NCBI GenBank assembly: GCA_964016885.1
Contig: OZ024765.1
Location: 19,406,001-19,470,000, forward strand
DNA length: 64,000 bases
Origin: Eledone cirrhosa
Lineage: Eukaryota
Reading direction: 5' to 3'
In this document: piece after piece, positions 25,770 to 40,138 of the stretch
How the letters are laid out: each line of letters begins with the position of its first letter
How positions within the stretch are numbered: the stretch's first letter is position 1
Made by a program: the position numbers and the translations under genes
Notes under the pieces: model-generated
Database searches by the model: none
The model's input: only the letters and a program-made list of their open reading frames with translations
What the model was told of the DNA's origin: nothing

Positions 25770-26750
25770 GCTGGTGAGACAACAAAAACCACCTGGTAGG
25801 TTGGTCATACTGGTAAGACAACAAAAACCACCCAGTTCCCCTGGTAGGGTGGTCATGCTGGTAAGACAACAAAAACCACCCAGTTCCCCTGGTAGGGTGG
25901 TCATGCTGGTAAGACAACAAAAACCACCCAGTTCCCCTGGTAGGGTGGTCATGCTGGTAAGACAACAAAAACCACCCAGTTCCCCTGGTAGGGTGGTCAT
26001 GCTGGTAAGACAACAAAAACCACCCAGTTCCCCTGGTAGGGTGGTCATGCTGGTAAGACAACAAAAACCACCCAGTTCCCCTGGTAGGGTGGTCATGCTG
26101 GTAAGACAACAAAAACCACCCAGTTCCCCTGGTAGGGTGGTCATGCTGGTAAGACAACAAAAACCACCCAGTTCCTCTGGTTGGGTGGTCATACTGGTAA
26201 GACAACAAAAACCACCCAGTTCCCCTGGTAGGGTGGTCATGCTGGTAAGACAACAAAACCACCCAGTTCCCCTGGTAGGGTGGTCATGCTGGTAAGACAA
26301 CAAAACCACCCAGTTCCCCTGGTTGGGTGGTCATGCTGGTAAGACAACAAAAACCACCCAGTTCCCCTGATTGGGTGGTCATGCTGGTAATACAACACCC
26401 CCCCCCCCCCCCTGGTAGGGTGGTCATGCTGGTAGGACAACAAAAATCACCCAGTTCCCCTGGTAGGGTGGTCATGCTGGTAAGACAACAAAACCACCCA
26501 GTTCCTCTGGTAGGGTGGTCATGCTGGTAAGACAACAAAACCACCCAGTTCCCCTGGTAGGGTGGTCATGCTGGTAAGACAACAAAAACCACCCAGTTCC
26601 CCTGGTAGGGTGGTCATGCTGGTAGGACAACAAAAACCACCCAGTTCCCCTGGTAGGGTGGTCAAGTTGATGACACGACAAAAACCACCCAGTTCCCCTG
26701 GTAGGGTGGTCATGCTGGTAGGACAACAAAAGCCACCCAGTTCCCCCAGT
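25770..26750. repeat. 48-bp minisatellite, about 20 copies
   Basis: Unit ctggtaagacaacaaaaaccacccagttcccctggtagggtggtcatg. Confidence 0.92.
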
Positions 26751-28339
26751 AAGGTGATCATTTCAGTGCTTTGATAAAAAAAAAAACACTCAGTCCACAC
26801 TGTAACATACGTGGTTGGCGTTAGGAAGGGCATCCAGCCACAGAAACCAAGTCAGAAATACAGATCCTTATGAGCCAAACGTGGTCTCCAGACTTGACTT
26901 GTCCCATAACGTGATAACCCATCTAGCCAATGCAAGCATGGAAAAATGGATGTTAAATATTGATGATAACACCATTTATCATCTATTTTCACTGCTGGCA
27001 TAGGTAAAAAGGGGCTGTCCCTTTATAAAGCCAGACAGAACAGATTGACCCAGTCTTGCTTATATGATACATTTCCGGCTTGCTTTCCAGAACCAGATGC
27101 CCTTCATTACACCATCTAATTTACAGTATGTGAAGCAACAATGCTTTGTTGGATGTGAAAAATAAATGTGAGAGAAGGGCAGAGCTTGGATGAACTGAGG
27201 AAGGAAGAAGCTGAGTTTAAGAGGAATCCAAAGTGGTGTGGTGGTGCGGAAGATAGAAGCATGCAGTGGTACGGACATGTGATGTTCATGGATGATGATC
27301 ACTGGGTGAAGAAGTGCCAGGAAATCCTAGTGGAAGGAAACTGCAGTAGAGGTAGACCAAGGAAGACCTGGGCAGAGGTTGTGAGAGGTAATCTCAAGAT
27401 CACTGAGACTCAGAGAGGAGATGATGAACAAAACTGGCGAGTAGAGAGATGCTGTGCTAAGAAGGACCTATCCAACCCAGTCAAGCATGGAAAATCCGAC
27501 AAACAATGAGGATAATAATTGTTTCTACTATTGGCACAAAGCCAGCAATTACCCCCAGTGCATTACTGGTACTTTATTTTATCGACCCCGTAAGGATGAA
27601 AGGCAAAGTTAACCTCGGCGGGATTTGAACTCAGAATGGCAAGGGCCGTAACTCTATGCGTCAAAGCATGGCGTCCGACCCTCTATCGATACTGCCAATT
27701 TGCCATCATTATATAATGAGTTCAAATCCCGCCGAGGTTAACTTTGCCTTTCATCCTTACGGGGTCGATAAAATAATCACTGCCCTTGAGGATAATAATG
27801 ATAGCAATGATGAGTGGGAGCATTTTACCTTGTTTCCAGCACTACCAACTCGGGGTTATATATATACAAGTTCAAATGAAATATATATCCTGTCTTTATC
27901 AATTAGTTAACCATATATGTGTATGTGTATATAACTAAGCTCAGCTGGTCACGCTTGGGGATCGAGTCAGATCAATTAGAGATGGTTGCTCCTGACAGGA
28001 CACATGGGAAGGAGTGTTTCAGGACTCTGCCCTCACCACCTTCCCCAAAATGACTGGGATGAGGAAATATGTATACATATATAAATAATTAAGAAAGGTT
28101 TGCCGAAGAAGAACGGAAGGAAACTAAAATTAAATTAGGTACTCAATACATTGGTAAAGAAGGTACATGTTAAAATGACATCTACAAGACTAAAACTGTT
28201 TCATTCCTTTGAAACAGTTTTAAAACAGTAGAAGCAAAATATATATATTTAAGGAACGATCGACTTTCGTCAAATCGGACCGAGGGAACAACGTTTCCGT
28301 TGGTCTTTCCAATTGCTAATACTATCTATCGGTCGCAAC

Positions 28340-29096
<757 letters not shown>

Positions 29097-29124
29097 TATA
29101 TATATATATATATTATATATATAT

Positions 29125-29318
<194 letters not shown>

Positions 29319-29324
29319 ATTATA

Positions 29325-29369
<45 letters not shown>

Positions 29370-29641
29370 ATCCCGAGTTCAGTTTTTTTTCGTCGCTTTG
29401 GTCACTGCGGCCTGCCTATCGGTCGATGTCTTCAATTTGCAAAGCTGTCTAAACGTAATGTTATATATATATATATTTTATATTTATATATATATGTGTA
29501 TGTATATAATCGTGTGTGTGTGTGTGTTTGCATGTGTGTTTTTATTTTATTTTTCCTTTCCTTCTTCCTTCTCCAGCCTCACTTTCATATAGACTGCATT
29601 TTTGTTTTTAGAATCCAATATCAATAAATACACCAGGATTT

Positions 29642-29701
29642 TTTCATTCTGATGATTGAAAGCAAAATTTTTTGCTTTTAAGAAACCACTGGTAAATGGA
29701 A
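29642..29701 (+). ncRNA. Minimal type-I hammerhead ribozyme, family H1
   Basis: UUUCAUU-CUGAUGA-UUGAAAGCAAA/AUUU/UUUGCUUUUAA-GAAA-CCACUG-GUA^AAUGGAA. Confidence 0.85.
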
Positions 29702-29749
29702 TAATTGCCTTATGTTGTTTATTACATAACTATATATATATATATATCA

Positions 29750-30065
29750 CACTCGATGCCCTCGTAGTGCAGAGTATGATATCACAGAAACAAGAGAATC
29801 AGTGTTGCGACGAAAGGTATTTATTGGACATATTACAATTGTTTCTCGGGTGACCAGCTCGAGGCACAATCGATGTGGTGATCAAACCTGACTCTGAAAT
29901 CGCGCAGTCATCGAATTTCAGAGTCAGGTTTGATCACCACATCGATCGCGCCTCGAGCTGGTCGCCCGAGAAACAATTGTAATATGTCCAATAAATACCT
30001 TTCGTCGCAACACTGATTCTCTTGTTTCTGTGATATCATACTCTGCTCTACGAGGGCATTGAGTG
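29750..30065. repeat. Fold-back inverted repeat, ~150-bp arms
   Basis: cactcgatgccctcgtag...ctctgaaat is mirrored by atttcagag...ctacgagggcattgagtg with several substitutions. Confidence 0.9.
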
Positions 30066-30295
30066 CTCATATGGCCTACCGTATACAGACCCTTTAAGCA
30101 TCCAACACCAATGATGAAGGCATACCATATTTTAATTTGGTATCCCTGAAATATGTATAATGAAATAAATATGGTTTTATAAATATAGTTTCCATTTATT
30201 TAATATTGTATATCTACTCCAAAAACTTGTCGAGTGCTTTATATCAGTTATAAAATATTTACTTGTTGTATCCCAACAATTTTAAATAGAACTTT

Positions 30296-30326
<31 letters not shown>

Positions 30327-30597
30327 CGGAACTAACTGTCGAAATGGCCGCAGCTCAGCTGTCGGGGTCCTGAATCTTTTCATATAAATATATAAGGAAA
30401 AGAAATTAAAAATGCAAATGGAGTCTTTTAAGAATATTTATTTAATTACCGGTTTCTTAGTTCTTATGCTTTTCAAAAGTAAAATTGAGATGGAGGGTTT
30501 GTGTCACTATTATCCCAATCCCAAGCATTGAGTACTCTGTTGAATAATGATCTAACTAGTTTAATACTGGTTTAATCCTGATATATTTATATATAGC

Positions 30598-30638
<41 letters not shown>

Positions 30639-30721
30639 CATTATATATATATATATATAGCATTATATATATATATATTAATTCAAAATATTAACAAAAT
30701 AGATATTCTTGTGATCAAGTA

Positions 30722-30789
30722 TAATTTATTATACATATTTCAGAGGTACTGAGTTAACTTCAACAGTACGTCCTCATCAGATAAAATAA
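30722..30789 (-). ncRNA. Minimal type-I hammerhead, family H2; a 5'-damaged relative lies at 30111-30170(+)
   Basis: UUUUAU-CUGAUGA-GGACGUACUG...CAGUACCUCU-GAAA-UAUGU-AUA^AUAAA. Confidence 0.7.
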
Positions 30790-30834
30790 GATGATGCATG
30801 ACATACCCTAACATGATAGATGGTTAAGATTCAG

Positions 30835-30868
<34 letters not shown>

Positions 30869-31434
30869 CATAATATCAATACATCGGTCTCTACAAATAC
30901 ATTACCACACACACATATGCACGTATGTATATATATATATATATACACACACACACATGCACATATATAAATATATATATATATGGAGGCACATGGCTTA
31001 GTGGTTAGAGCATTGGCCTTGCAATCGAAAGGTTGTGAGTTCAATCTCAGACAGGGTGATGTGTTGTTTCCTTGAGCAAGACACTTTATTTCACATTGCT
31101 CCAGTTTACTCAGCTGTAGAAATGAGATGATAGGGACTGGAGTCCCTATCATTCCACTGCAAAGTGGTCGTGTAGGTGCGATGGCTAAAAAGCACCCAGC
31201 ACTCACTGTAAACGAGGTTGGTGTTAGGAAGGGCATCCAGCTGTAGAAATCAAGCCAGAATCAGTTCCCGTCCCACCCTTGCAAGCAGGGAAATGCGGAC
31301 ATAAAATGAAATGATAATGATGATGATGACACACACATACAGTATGCAAACACAACACACAAATGCGTGTCTGTGTATGTAATACACATATACAGACGTT
31401 TGCATATATGTCTGTATATATATAAACCAGCTTT

Positions 31435-31494
31435 TTCCGTTCTGAAGATTGAAAGCAAAACCTTTTGCTTTTAAGAAACCACTGGTAAATGGAA
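31435..31494 (+). ncRNA. Minimal type-I hammerhead ribozyme, family H1
   Basis: UUCCGUU-CUGAAGA-UUGAAAGCAAAA/CC/UUUUGCUUUUAA-GAAA-CCACUG-GUA^AAUGGAA with a 7-bp helix I. Confidence 0.85.
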
Positions 31495-32648
31495 TAATTG
31501 CCTTATGTTGTTTATTACATAATTGTTTCTACTTTTGGCACAAGGCCAGCAATTACCCAGTGTATTACTGGTACTTTATTTTATCGACCCCATAAGGATG
31601 AAAGGCAAAGTTAACCTCGGCGGGATTTGAACTACATAATAATAATTTGAACTACATAATAATAACAATTAAGCTCTGTTGCCTACATAGAGCACTCTTT
31701 TTTCCTGGACTTTTCCGATGGAATTACTTCATATATATATATATATATATATAAATACACACACTCACATAAATGCGTGTGTGATACACATATGCAGACA
31801 ATAGGGCTGTTTGTAAAATTCCTCACTTAGAAGATAGCTAGTTTCTAAAGTAGACCAGTTGAAAAAATACAACTCTCTCTCGCTCATATATATATCATTT
31901 TTTGTCGATTCTATTAAATGATGAATAGCTCCTGTTTATTTTAACATGTCTATTGAGCACTCTTATTCGATATGTGTTATTCCACATTTTCCCGAATATT
32001 TTTTGCGGATATAAAGGTTATCTCCCTTGCTGAAATCCATGTGCGTATTTTCAACCTGGGTTTTTGCCTTTTCATTCGTTCGGACTAAAGCTCGTTGAAG
32101 AAGTAAACTCCAGTCCGTTGGCGTCTAGAAGTCTTATATTTTTATGTGAGCTGATAGAGGACAGTTTAAGGATTTACAGAAACCCAAGAAGCTAGATTTA
32201 CCATCTCTCTAGCGGGTCCGGGTATGCTTTTTACATTCATTTGATTTATTGATTTATTGATATTTATCTGAGTGTCCCGAATCTTCCATATCGCAATTTT
32301 TCGGTCGTATGGTTGATTGTAGACATATTCTACGTGTGACGGTATTTTAACGATAGTTATAGCTCTGATTTATCTGAATTATTGAGCCCTCTGCCGCTCA
32401 TCTCGAATTTTGTTTATCGTGAACTCGTGCGCCGATTTTTCGATACTCGATTATTCTACTATATATATATATATATAGGAGAAAGTATGACCCCGACGGC
32501 AGAGCTCAAGCCGTTTCGACGGCTATTTCTGCACTAAATAGCTCTGCCATCGGGATCATACTTTCTCCTATTACCCACTCTACTACCCTAAGTATTGAGT
32601 ACTCTGGTGCGTTATGGTCCATCTGGTTCCTTACCACAACTCCTTCGT

Positions 32649-32681
<33 letters not shown>

Positions 32682-32721
32682 GAGAGTAAAACAAAGAATC
32701 CTTTAATACATCAAAAGTTTT

Positions 32722-32767
32722 TATTAGCCGACAATGTTTCGTCCTATTAAGGACTCATCAGGGCAAT
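32722..32767 (-). ncRNA. Canonical minimal type-I hammerhead, family H3
   Basis: AUUGCC-CUGAUGA-GUCC/UUAAUA/GGAC-GAAA-CAUU-GUC^GGCUAAU: textbook core, GUC cleavage triplet, followed by AAUAAA. Confidence 0.88.
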
Positions 32768-32852
32768 CAAAACAACAAGAAGTAATATCGGCAGATACAA
32801 GCCGGAAACTCTGAAGAATATGTTTAACTCCAACACGCTCCAGTATTCTAAT

Positions 32853-32896
<44 letters not shown>

Positions 32897-33216
32897 TTAT
32901 GGAGAGGTTATATTTAATTTGTTGGGATACAACAAGCTAAAAATATTTTCATAACTGATATAAAGCACTCAACAAATTATTGGAGTAAATATACAATATA
33001 TTAACAAATGGAAACTATATTTATAAAACCATATTTATTTTATACATATTTCAAGGGCCACCAAGGCAAATTATGTACATCCTCATCAGACAAAATATAA
33101 TGATACATGACATACCCTGAGATGTTAAATGGTTAAGATTTAATCAATGGTTAAGATTTAATGACTACCTTGATTAAATCTTAACCATTTAACATCTCAG
33201 GGTATGTCATGTATCA

Positions 33217-33277
33217 TTATATTTTGTCTGATGAGGGTGTACTGTTGTACCGCCGAAATATGTATAATAAAATGTAA
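33217..33277 (+). ncRNA. Minimal type-I hammerhead, family H2; a chimeric mirror copy lies at 33031-33100(-)
   Basis: UUAUAUUUUGU-CUGAUGA-GGGUGUAC/UGUU/GUACCGCC-GAAA-UAUGU-AUA^AUAAAAUGUAA with an 11-bp helix I. Confidence 0.8.
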
Positions 33278-33415
33278 TTGATCAAAAGAACATCTATTTT
33301 ATTAATATTTGTATTTTAATATTAATAACTCATGGAAAATTATTTTATCCGTAGAGTGCTTCCAATCTTCTGTCAAACTCATTCTCTGATATACTCATTG
33401 AATCTTGTTTAACTC

Positions 33416-33453
<38 letters not shown>

Positions 33454-33490
33454 GATATTAACAAATGGAAACTATATTTATAAAACCATA

Positions 33491-33560
33491 TTTATTTCAT
33501 TATACATATTTCAAGGACACCAAGTTAAATTATGGTGTGCTTTCATCAGATAAAATATAA
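33491..33560 (-). ncRNA. Hammerhead family H2, left arm of a fold-back
   Basis: RC reads UAUUUUAU-CUGAUGA-AAGCACACCA...UGGUGUCCUU-GAAA-UAUGUAUA^AUGAAAUA. Confidence 0.72.
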
Positions 33561-33691
33561 TATAGAGCAGTTTTATAAATAAATATTGACATACCCTTAA
33601 AGAATGCAACCATTACTGTTGGAAGCTCCCAGACAGTAATGGTTGCATTCTTTAAGGGTATGTCAATATTTATTTATAAAACTGCTCTATA

Positions 33692-33762
33692 TTATATTTT
33701 ATCTGATGAAAGCACGCCATAATTTAACTTGGTGTCCTTGAAATATGTATAATGAAATAAAT
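33692..33762 (+). ncRNA. Hammerhead family H2, right arm of a fold-back
   Basis: UAUUUUAU-CUGAUGA-AAGCACGCCA...UGGUGUCCUU-GAAA-UAUGUAUA^AUGAAAUA. Confidence 0.72.
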
Positions 33763-33962
33763 ATGGTTTTATAAATATAGTTTCCATTTGTTAATATATC
33801 GTATTTTTACTCCAATAATTTGTTGAGTGCTTTATATCAGTTATAAAAATATTTGCTTGTTGTATCCCAACAATTTAAATAGAACTTCTACATATATATA
33901 TTTATATATTATATATATTTTTAAGAGTTAAACAAGATTCAAATAGTACATCAAAAAATGAG

Positions 33963-34003
<41 letters not shown>

Positions 34004-34215
34004 CACTGCCAAAGTATAGTTAAATAATGGGACAGGTGCCCTATTTTCGCTTCAGTCATTACTTCTACCACCACCACCACTACTATTGCTATTATATAAA
34101 TAACTATTTGCATATTTCACTTATTTTACTACTACTACAGACAAAAAAAATCACACACGCACTCACTAAGAAAGCATTGTATATGTATATATATAAAAAT
34201 AATGTTTGTATTTAT

Positions 34216-34273
<58 letters not shown>

Positions 34274-34638
34274 ATAATTATATATATATATATTAGTAAA
34301 AGTCGGGCTAAGCTCTTGTTTCAACAACTACTTATATATATATATATATATCTATATATAGTAGGAAAAAGTATGACCCCGACGGCAGAGCTCAAGCCGT
34401 TTCGAAGGCTATTTCTGGACGTCCACAAATAGCCGTCGAAACGGCTTGAGCTCTGCCGTCGGGGTCATACCTTTTCCTATTTCCCACTCTACCACCCTAA
34501 GTATTGAGTACTCTGGTGCGTTATGGTCCATCTGGTTCCTTACCACAATTCCTTTGTTATATATATACATATATACATATATATATATATATAGTATGTA
34601 TATCTATATATAGAGAGAGAGATAGGTGTCATTGCTTG

Positions 34639-34692
<54 letters not shown>

Positions 34693-35108
34693 CAAGCAAT
34701 GACACCTATCTCTCTCTCTATATATAGATATACATACATACTATATATATATATATATGTATATATGTATATATATAACAAAGGAATTGTGGTAAGGAAC
34801 CAGATGGACCATAACGCACCAGAGTACTCAATATATATATATATATATATATCTATATATCTAAGGCGGGTAAAATTCCTGAGATCCATGGACGAGTTCT
34901 CTCCAGCGGTCTCTGTCCCTCATTATCGCTGCCATGTCCTGCATCTCCAACAGACCAGTGTCTGTCCTTAGGGCATCAACATATGTTAACCTTGGTCTTC
35001 CTCTTCTAGTGTGTCCATGTAGGGGCTCCCAATATATACACGTACTATGAACACCATAACTTCTGAATAAATCAACTACTTGTAGCTTACAGAATATATT
35101 AACTTTTT

Positions 35109-35142
<34 letters not shown>

Positions 35143-35898
35143 GATATTAAATAAATGGAAACTATATTTATAAAACCATATTTATTTCATTAAATATAGT
35201 TTCCATTTATTTAATATCGTAAATATACTCCAAATACTTGTTGAGTGCTTTTATATCAGTTATAAATATTTACTAGTTGTAACCCAACAATTTAAATATA
35301 ACTTTCCATATATATATATATATATATATATAAGTTATATACACACAAATCTATATATATTCAATATTATTATGGGTAAAAAGTGAGTCTTGTTCCTCTG
35401 GAGTTTCGCCTGTTTATCGAAACCCCAGAGGAACAAGACTCCTTTCATCCTGACGGGGCCGATAAAATAAAGTACCAGTAATGCACTGATTTAATTGCTG
35501 GCCTTGTGCCAAATGTAGATACAGTTAGCCTTAATAGATGAATATTAAAACTGTACTAAGATATTGAGTACTCCTTTCTATCAGCCGTCAACTACACATA
35601 CACACACACATATATATATATATACTCGTATATATATAGGATGTCCCCCAAATATATATACACATACTTATTAGGATGCTATTGAAGTGTGTATCTATTT
35701 TTGAGGGACACTGTGTGTATATACACACACACACACACACATATATATATGTGTGTGTGCGTGTATACACACACACATATATATATATATATGTGTGTGT
35801 ATATATACACACACACACAGACACACATATATATATATGTGTGTGTGTGTATATATATACACACACACACACATATATATATGTGTGTGCGTGTATAT

Positions 35899-35930
<32 letters not shown>

Positions 35931-36352
35931 GTGTGTGTGTGTATATTATACACACACACACACATATATATATATGTGTGTGTGTGTATATATACACACT
36001 CACACACACACATATATATATGTGTATATATACAAATCACATATATATATATTCAGAATTTATTAATGAGAAAACGGAAGACATTTTTTAAATAATAGTA
36101 AGAACACAAAGCAAAATGTAAAAGTTTTTCCGTCCTCCCAAATCTACCGGAAGATAAAGAGAGGGGAAAGATATTTTTATATAAACTTTCATATATATAA
36201 AAAAAACTTGTGTATCTTTGCCTGGTTCCATGTTGGCAATGTTGATCTGATGTGGAATAAAGACTATATACATCGACGAATATATATATAATTATGTGTA
36301 TGTATAATATATATAGATAGATATATATATAGATATATATATATATAGATAG

Positions 36353-36386
<34 letters not shown>

Positions 36387-36538
36387 AATAGAGCCGAGAG
36401 TAGAGGAGAGGGGGGGGGGGAGATAGTGCGACGACAAACGGACAGACAGAAGGAATTTCAGGAAGAAATGTACACACACACTCATATATATATATATATA
36501 GGCAGGCTTCTAAAAAGTTATGATAGAGATAGAGATGA

Positions 36539-36609
<71 letters not shown>

Positions 36610-36882
36610 CATATATATATATAGCTAAGAATTATTTTAAAAGTTATGGGACACACATATATATATATATACACACATACATATATATTTATATATATAT
36701 ATATATATACAAATACATATATATTTATATATATATATATATACAAATACATATATATTTATAAAATACATACATATATATATAAGCAGAAGGGATATTT
36801 AATTTAGTTTAATTTATATATAAGCAGAAGGGATATTTAATTTAGTTTGGGATATTTAATTAGTTTCCATTTATTTAATATC

Positions 36883-36919
<37 letters not shown>

Positions 36920-36956
36920 TATGTATGTGTGTGAAATGACATTATTTACTAAGATC

Positions 36957-36996
<40 letters not shown>

Positions 36997-37030
36997 GTAT
37001 GTGTGTGAAATGACATTATTTACTAAGATC

Positions 37031-37088
<58 letters not shown>

Positions 37089-37186
37089 GTATGTGTGTGA
37101 AATGACATTATTTACTAAGATCCAATAATATATATATATATATATATATTATGTATGTGTGTGAAATGACATTATTTACTAAGATC

Positions 37187-37222
<36 letters not shown>

Positions 37223-37315
37223 TAGTTTAATAGATACAGCCTGATCAACAGCAAAATTAATAATCAACAGTTTGATACACAATTCTATAAGTTCATATAT
37301 ATACATATGCAACAG

Positions 37316-37367
<52 letters not shown>

Positions 37368-37370
37368 TAT

Positions 37371-37413
<43 letters not shown>

Positions 37414-37540
37414 TAGATAGATGTGTTGTTGTTTAGAGTTTTAGACATTTTAATTTTAGTTATTACTTACGCGAAATATAATTGAAATCCTAATTTATAA
37501 TCCAAAGAAATTCTGGTAAAATATATATATATATATATAT

Positions 37541-37575
<35 letters not shown>

Positions 37576-37689
37576 CCTTTTTAAAGGATCACGGCCATAC
37601 TCTTGCTTTTGTTGTGTGTGTTATTTTGGGGGAGTATTTAGCCCCGAAGATAACGGAGGGATATAACCCGTTGTGGCCTGTTGTGTGTT

Positions 37690-38237
37690 AGAGTTGTGTG
37701 TGAGAGAGAGAGGGTTGATAGAGTAAGAGATGTAGGTAGAGAGAGAGAGGGGGTAGAGAGAGTAATAGATATAGGTACAGAGAGAGAGGGTAGATAGAGT
37801 AATAGATGTAGGTACAGAGAGAGAGGGTAGATAGAGTAATAGATGAACGTACAGAGAGAGCTGAGTGAGTGGTAAAGTTATGTAGGGAGAAAGAGTAAGT
37901 GATATAGAGAGAGTGAGTGATACAAAGAGAGTAAGCGATAGATAGAGTAATAGATGCAGGCACACAGAGAGAGATAGAGAGATCTGAGTGAGTAGTGAAG
38001 TTATGCAGGGAGAAAGAGTAGGTGATATAGAGAGAGGGAGTGATAGATGCAGACATAGAGAGAGAGAGAGAGATCTGAGTGAGTGGTAAAGTTATGCACA
38101 GAGAAAGTTTAGGTGATGTAGAGAGAGGGGGTGATATATGTGGACATAGAGAGAGAGAGAGAGAGATCTGAGTGAGTGGTAAAGTTATGCAGGGAGAAAG
38201 AGGAGGTGATATAGAGAGAGGGAGTGATAGATGCAGG

Positions 38238-38275
<38 letters not shown>

Positions 38276-39330
38276 AGTGAGTGGTAAAGTTATGCAGGAG
38301 AAAGAGTAGATGATATAGAGAGAGGAGGTGATACAAAGAGAGTAAAATATACATAGAGCAACAGAGTGAGTGATAGATAGAGTAATATATATATAGAGAG
38401 AGAGTGAGTGATATAGAGAGGGTAGGTGTTACAGAGAGAGGAAGGGGGTGTAAAAATATGCATACCGCAACAGAGTGATATATATATAGAGAGAGTGAGT
38501 AATATAGAAAGGGTAAGTGATAGAGAGAGAGGCAAGGAGAATGTGCTGGGACGTTTCATTACTAGTACCATTAGTAATAGTAGTATTATTAGTAGTATTA
38601 TCTAGGTTAGGCTTAAATAAGTAACTTTGTTCCTCTCTTTCGAGCCAACCAGATTTCCACAGCATTTGCCTCCCCTTCCTCCTACTCCGACAACGTCGTC
38701 TTTATAATCTCAATTGCCCTCTCATCCCCTTCCCCTTCTGCTTATCATACACTCCCTCTTTATCTATCTATCTATTTCTCTCTCTCTCTCTCGCTCTCTT
38801 ACCCTCTCTCTCTCTGTCTCTCTCTCTCTCACATATACTTTAGTTGCTTTCTCTCTCACTCTCTCTATCTCTTCCCCCTCTCTCTTCCCTCTTCTCTCTC
38901 TCTCTCTCTCACTCTTTCTATCTCTTCCCCCTCTCTCTTCCCTCTTCTCTCTCTCTCTCACCCTCTCTCTCTCTCTCACATATACTTTAGTTGCTTTCTC
39001 TCTCACTCTCTCTATCTCTTCCCCCTCTCTCTCTCTCTCTCTCTTACCCTCTCTCTCTCTCTCTCACATATACTTTAGTTGCTTTCTCTCTCACTCTCTC
39101 TATCTCTTCCCCCCTCTCTCTCTCTCTCTCTTACCCTCTCTTTCTCTCTCTCACATATACTTTAGTTGCTTTCTCTCTCACTCTCTCTATCTCTTCCCCC
39201 TCTCTCTCTCTTACCTTCTCTCTCTCTCTATCTCTTCCCCCTCTCTCTCTCTTACCCTCTCTCTCTCTCTCTCACATATACTTTAGTTTCTTTCTCTCTC
39301 ACTCTCTCACACTCTATCTCTCTATTTTAG
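37690..39330. repeat. GA-rich then CT-rich compound tandem / low-complexity repeats
   Basis: Recurrent agatctgagtgagtggtaaagttatgca and cacatatactttagttgctttctctc blocks. Confidence 0.8.
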
Positions 39331-39359
39331 TCTTCTTCAAGTATCACATACACACAATA

Positions 39360-39680
39360 GAAAGGGACAGAAGATTGTTGAGCCTGACTAAAGCATCATT
39401 TGCAACATTTTCTATTGCTTCCAGGCCACCGAGGAAGGGTCCAACGAGGCAACCCCAAACAACAGGTAGCACTGTTTGGTCAGGGTCCCCACAGTCACAT
39501 GCTGAGCTGTCCTTCATGGTGGGCCCTCCCGTCATTTGATGTACAGGTCCAATTAAGAGACACCCATTGCCGGGAAGGTCAAAGCCAGCTGGTTTAGATA
39601 TGAGCTCCTGGACAAGGCCTTCGTTGGCAAAATTGGACTCATTCCATGATCTTCGCCACTTCAGATCAAGAGTCTTCATT
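39360..39680 (-). mobile_element. Non-LTR retrotransposon C-terminal fragment, Ingi/Vingi-like
   Basis: PAGFDLP...SACDCGDPDQT...GC..GPFLGGLEAI resembles the CDCG-x-QT-x-H-x-CP zinc-knuckle tail of that group (recalled, not searched). Confidence 0.5.
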
Positions 39681-40138
39681 GATTCCCAGAATAGCTACAA
39701 TAATGTACTTGTGATGTTTGGATATTTTTCTTAAAGAGATCCCCTTCTACAACTTATGTATGTTTTTAATGTCCCTGATGATACAAGAGATGTAAAATTA
39801 TGTGTTATGGAGTTCTATTTGTATGTAGGCTCAAATCTTAGTATAAGGATTTACTCCTATATACTGGCTTAGTGGTTAGAGCATTGGGCTTGCAAAGGAA
39901 AGGGTGTGAGTTCAATTCTTAAGACTGGGTGATGTGTTGTTTCCTTGAGCAAGACACTTTATTTCACATTGCTCCAGTTTACTCAGCTGTAGAAATGAGA
40001 TGATAGGGACTGGGGTCCCTATCATTCCACTGCAAGAGAATGGCAGTGATATTTAAAAAGAAATTATATATATATTTCGCTTCTGAATTTGTTTAGCAAG
40101 ATTCTTTATCTGAAAACGTGTGTTGAAACCGATATTGT

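Noticed and set aside
31895-32460. CpG-containing unique segment between TA runs as an exon or regulatory element
   Set aside because: No ORF, splice pattern or second copy in the window; probably an unrecognised TE fragment.
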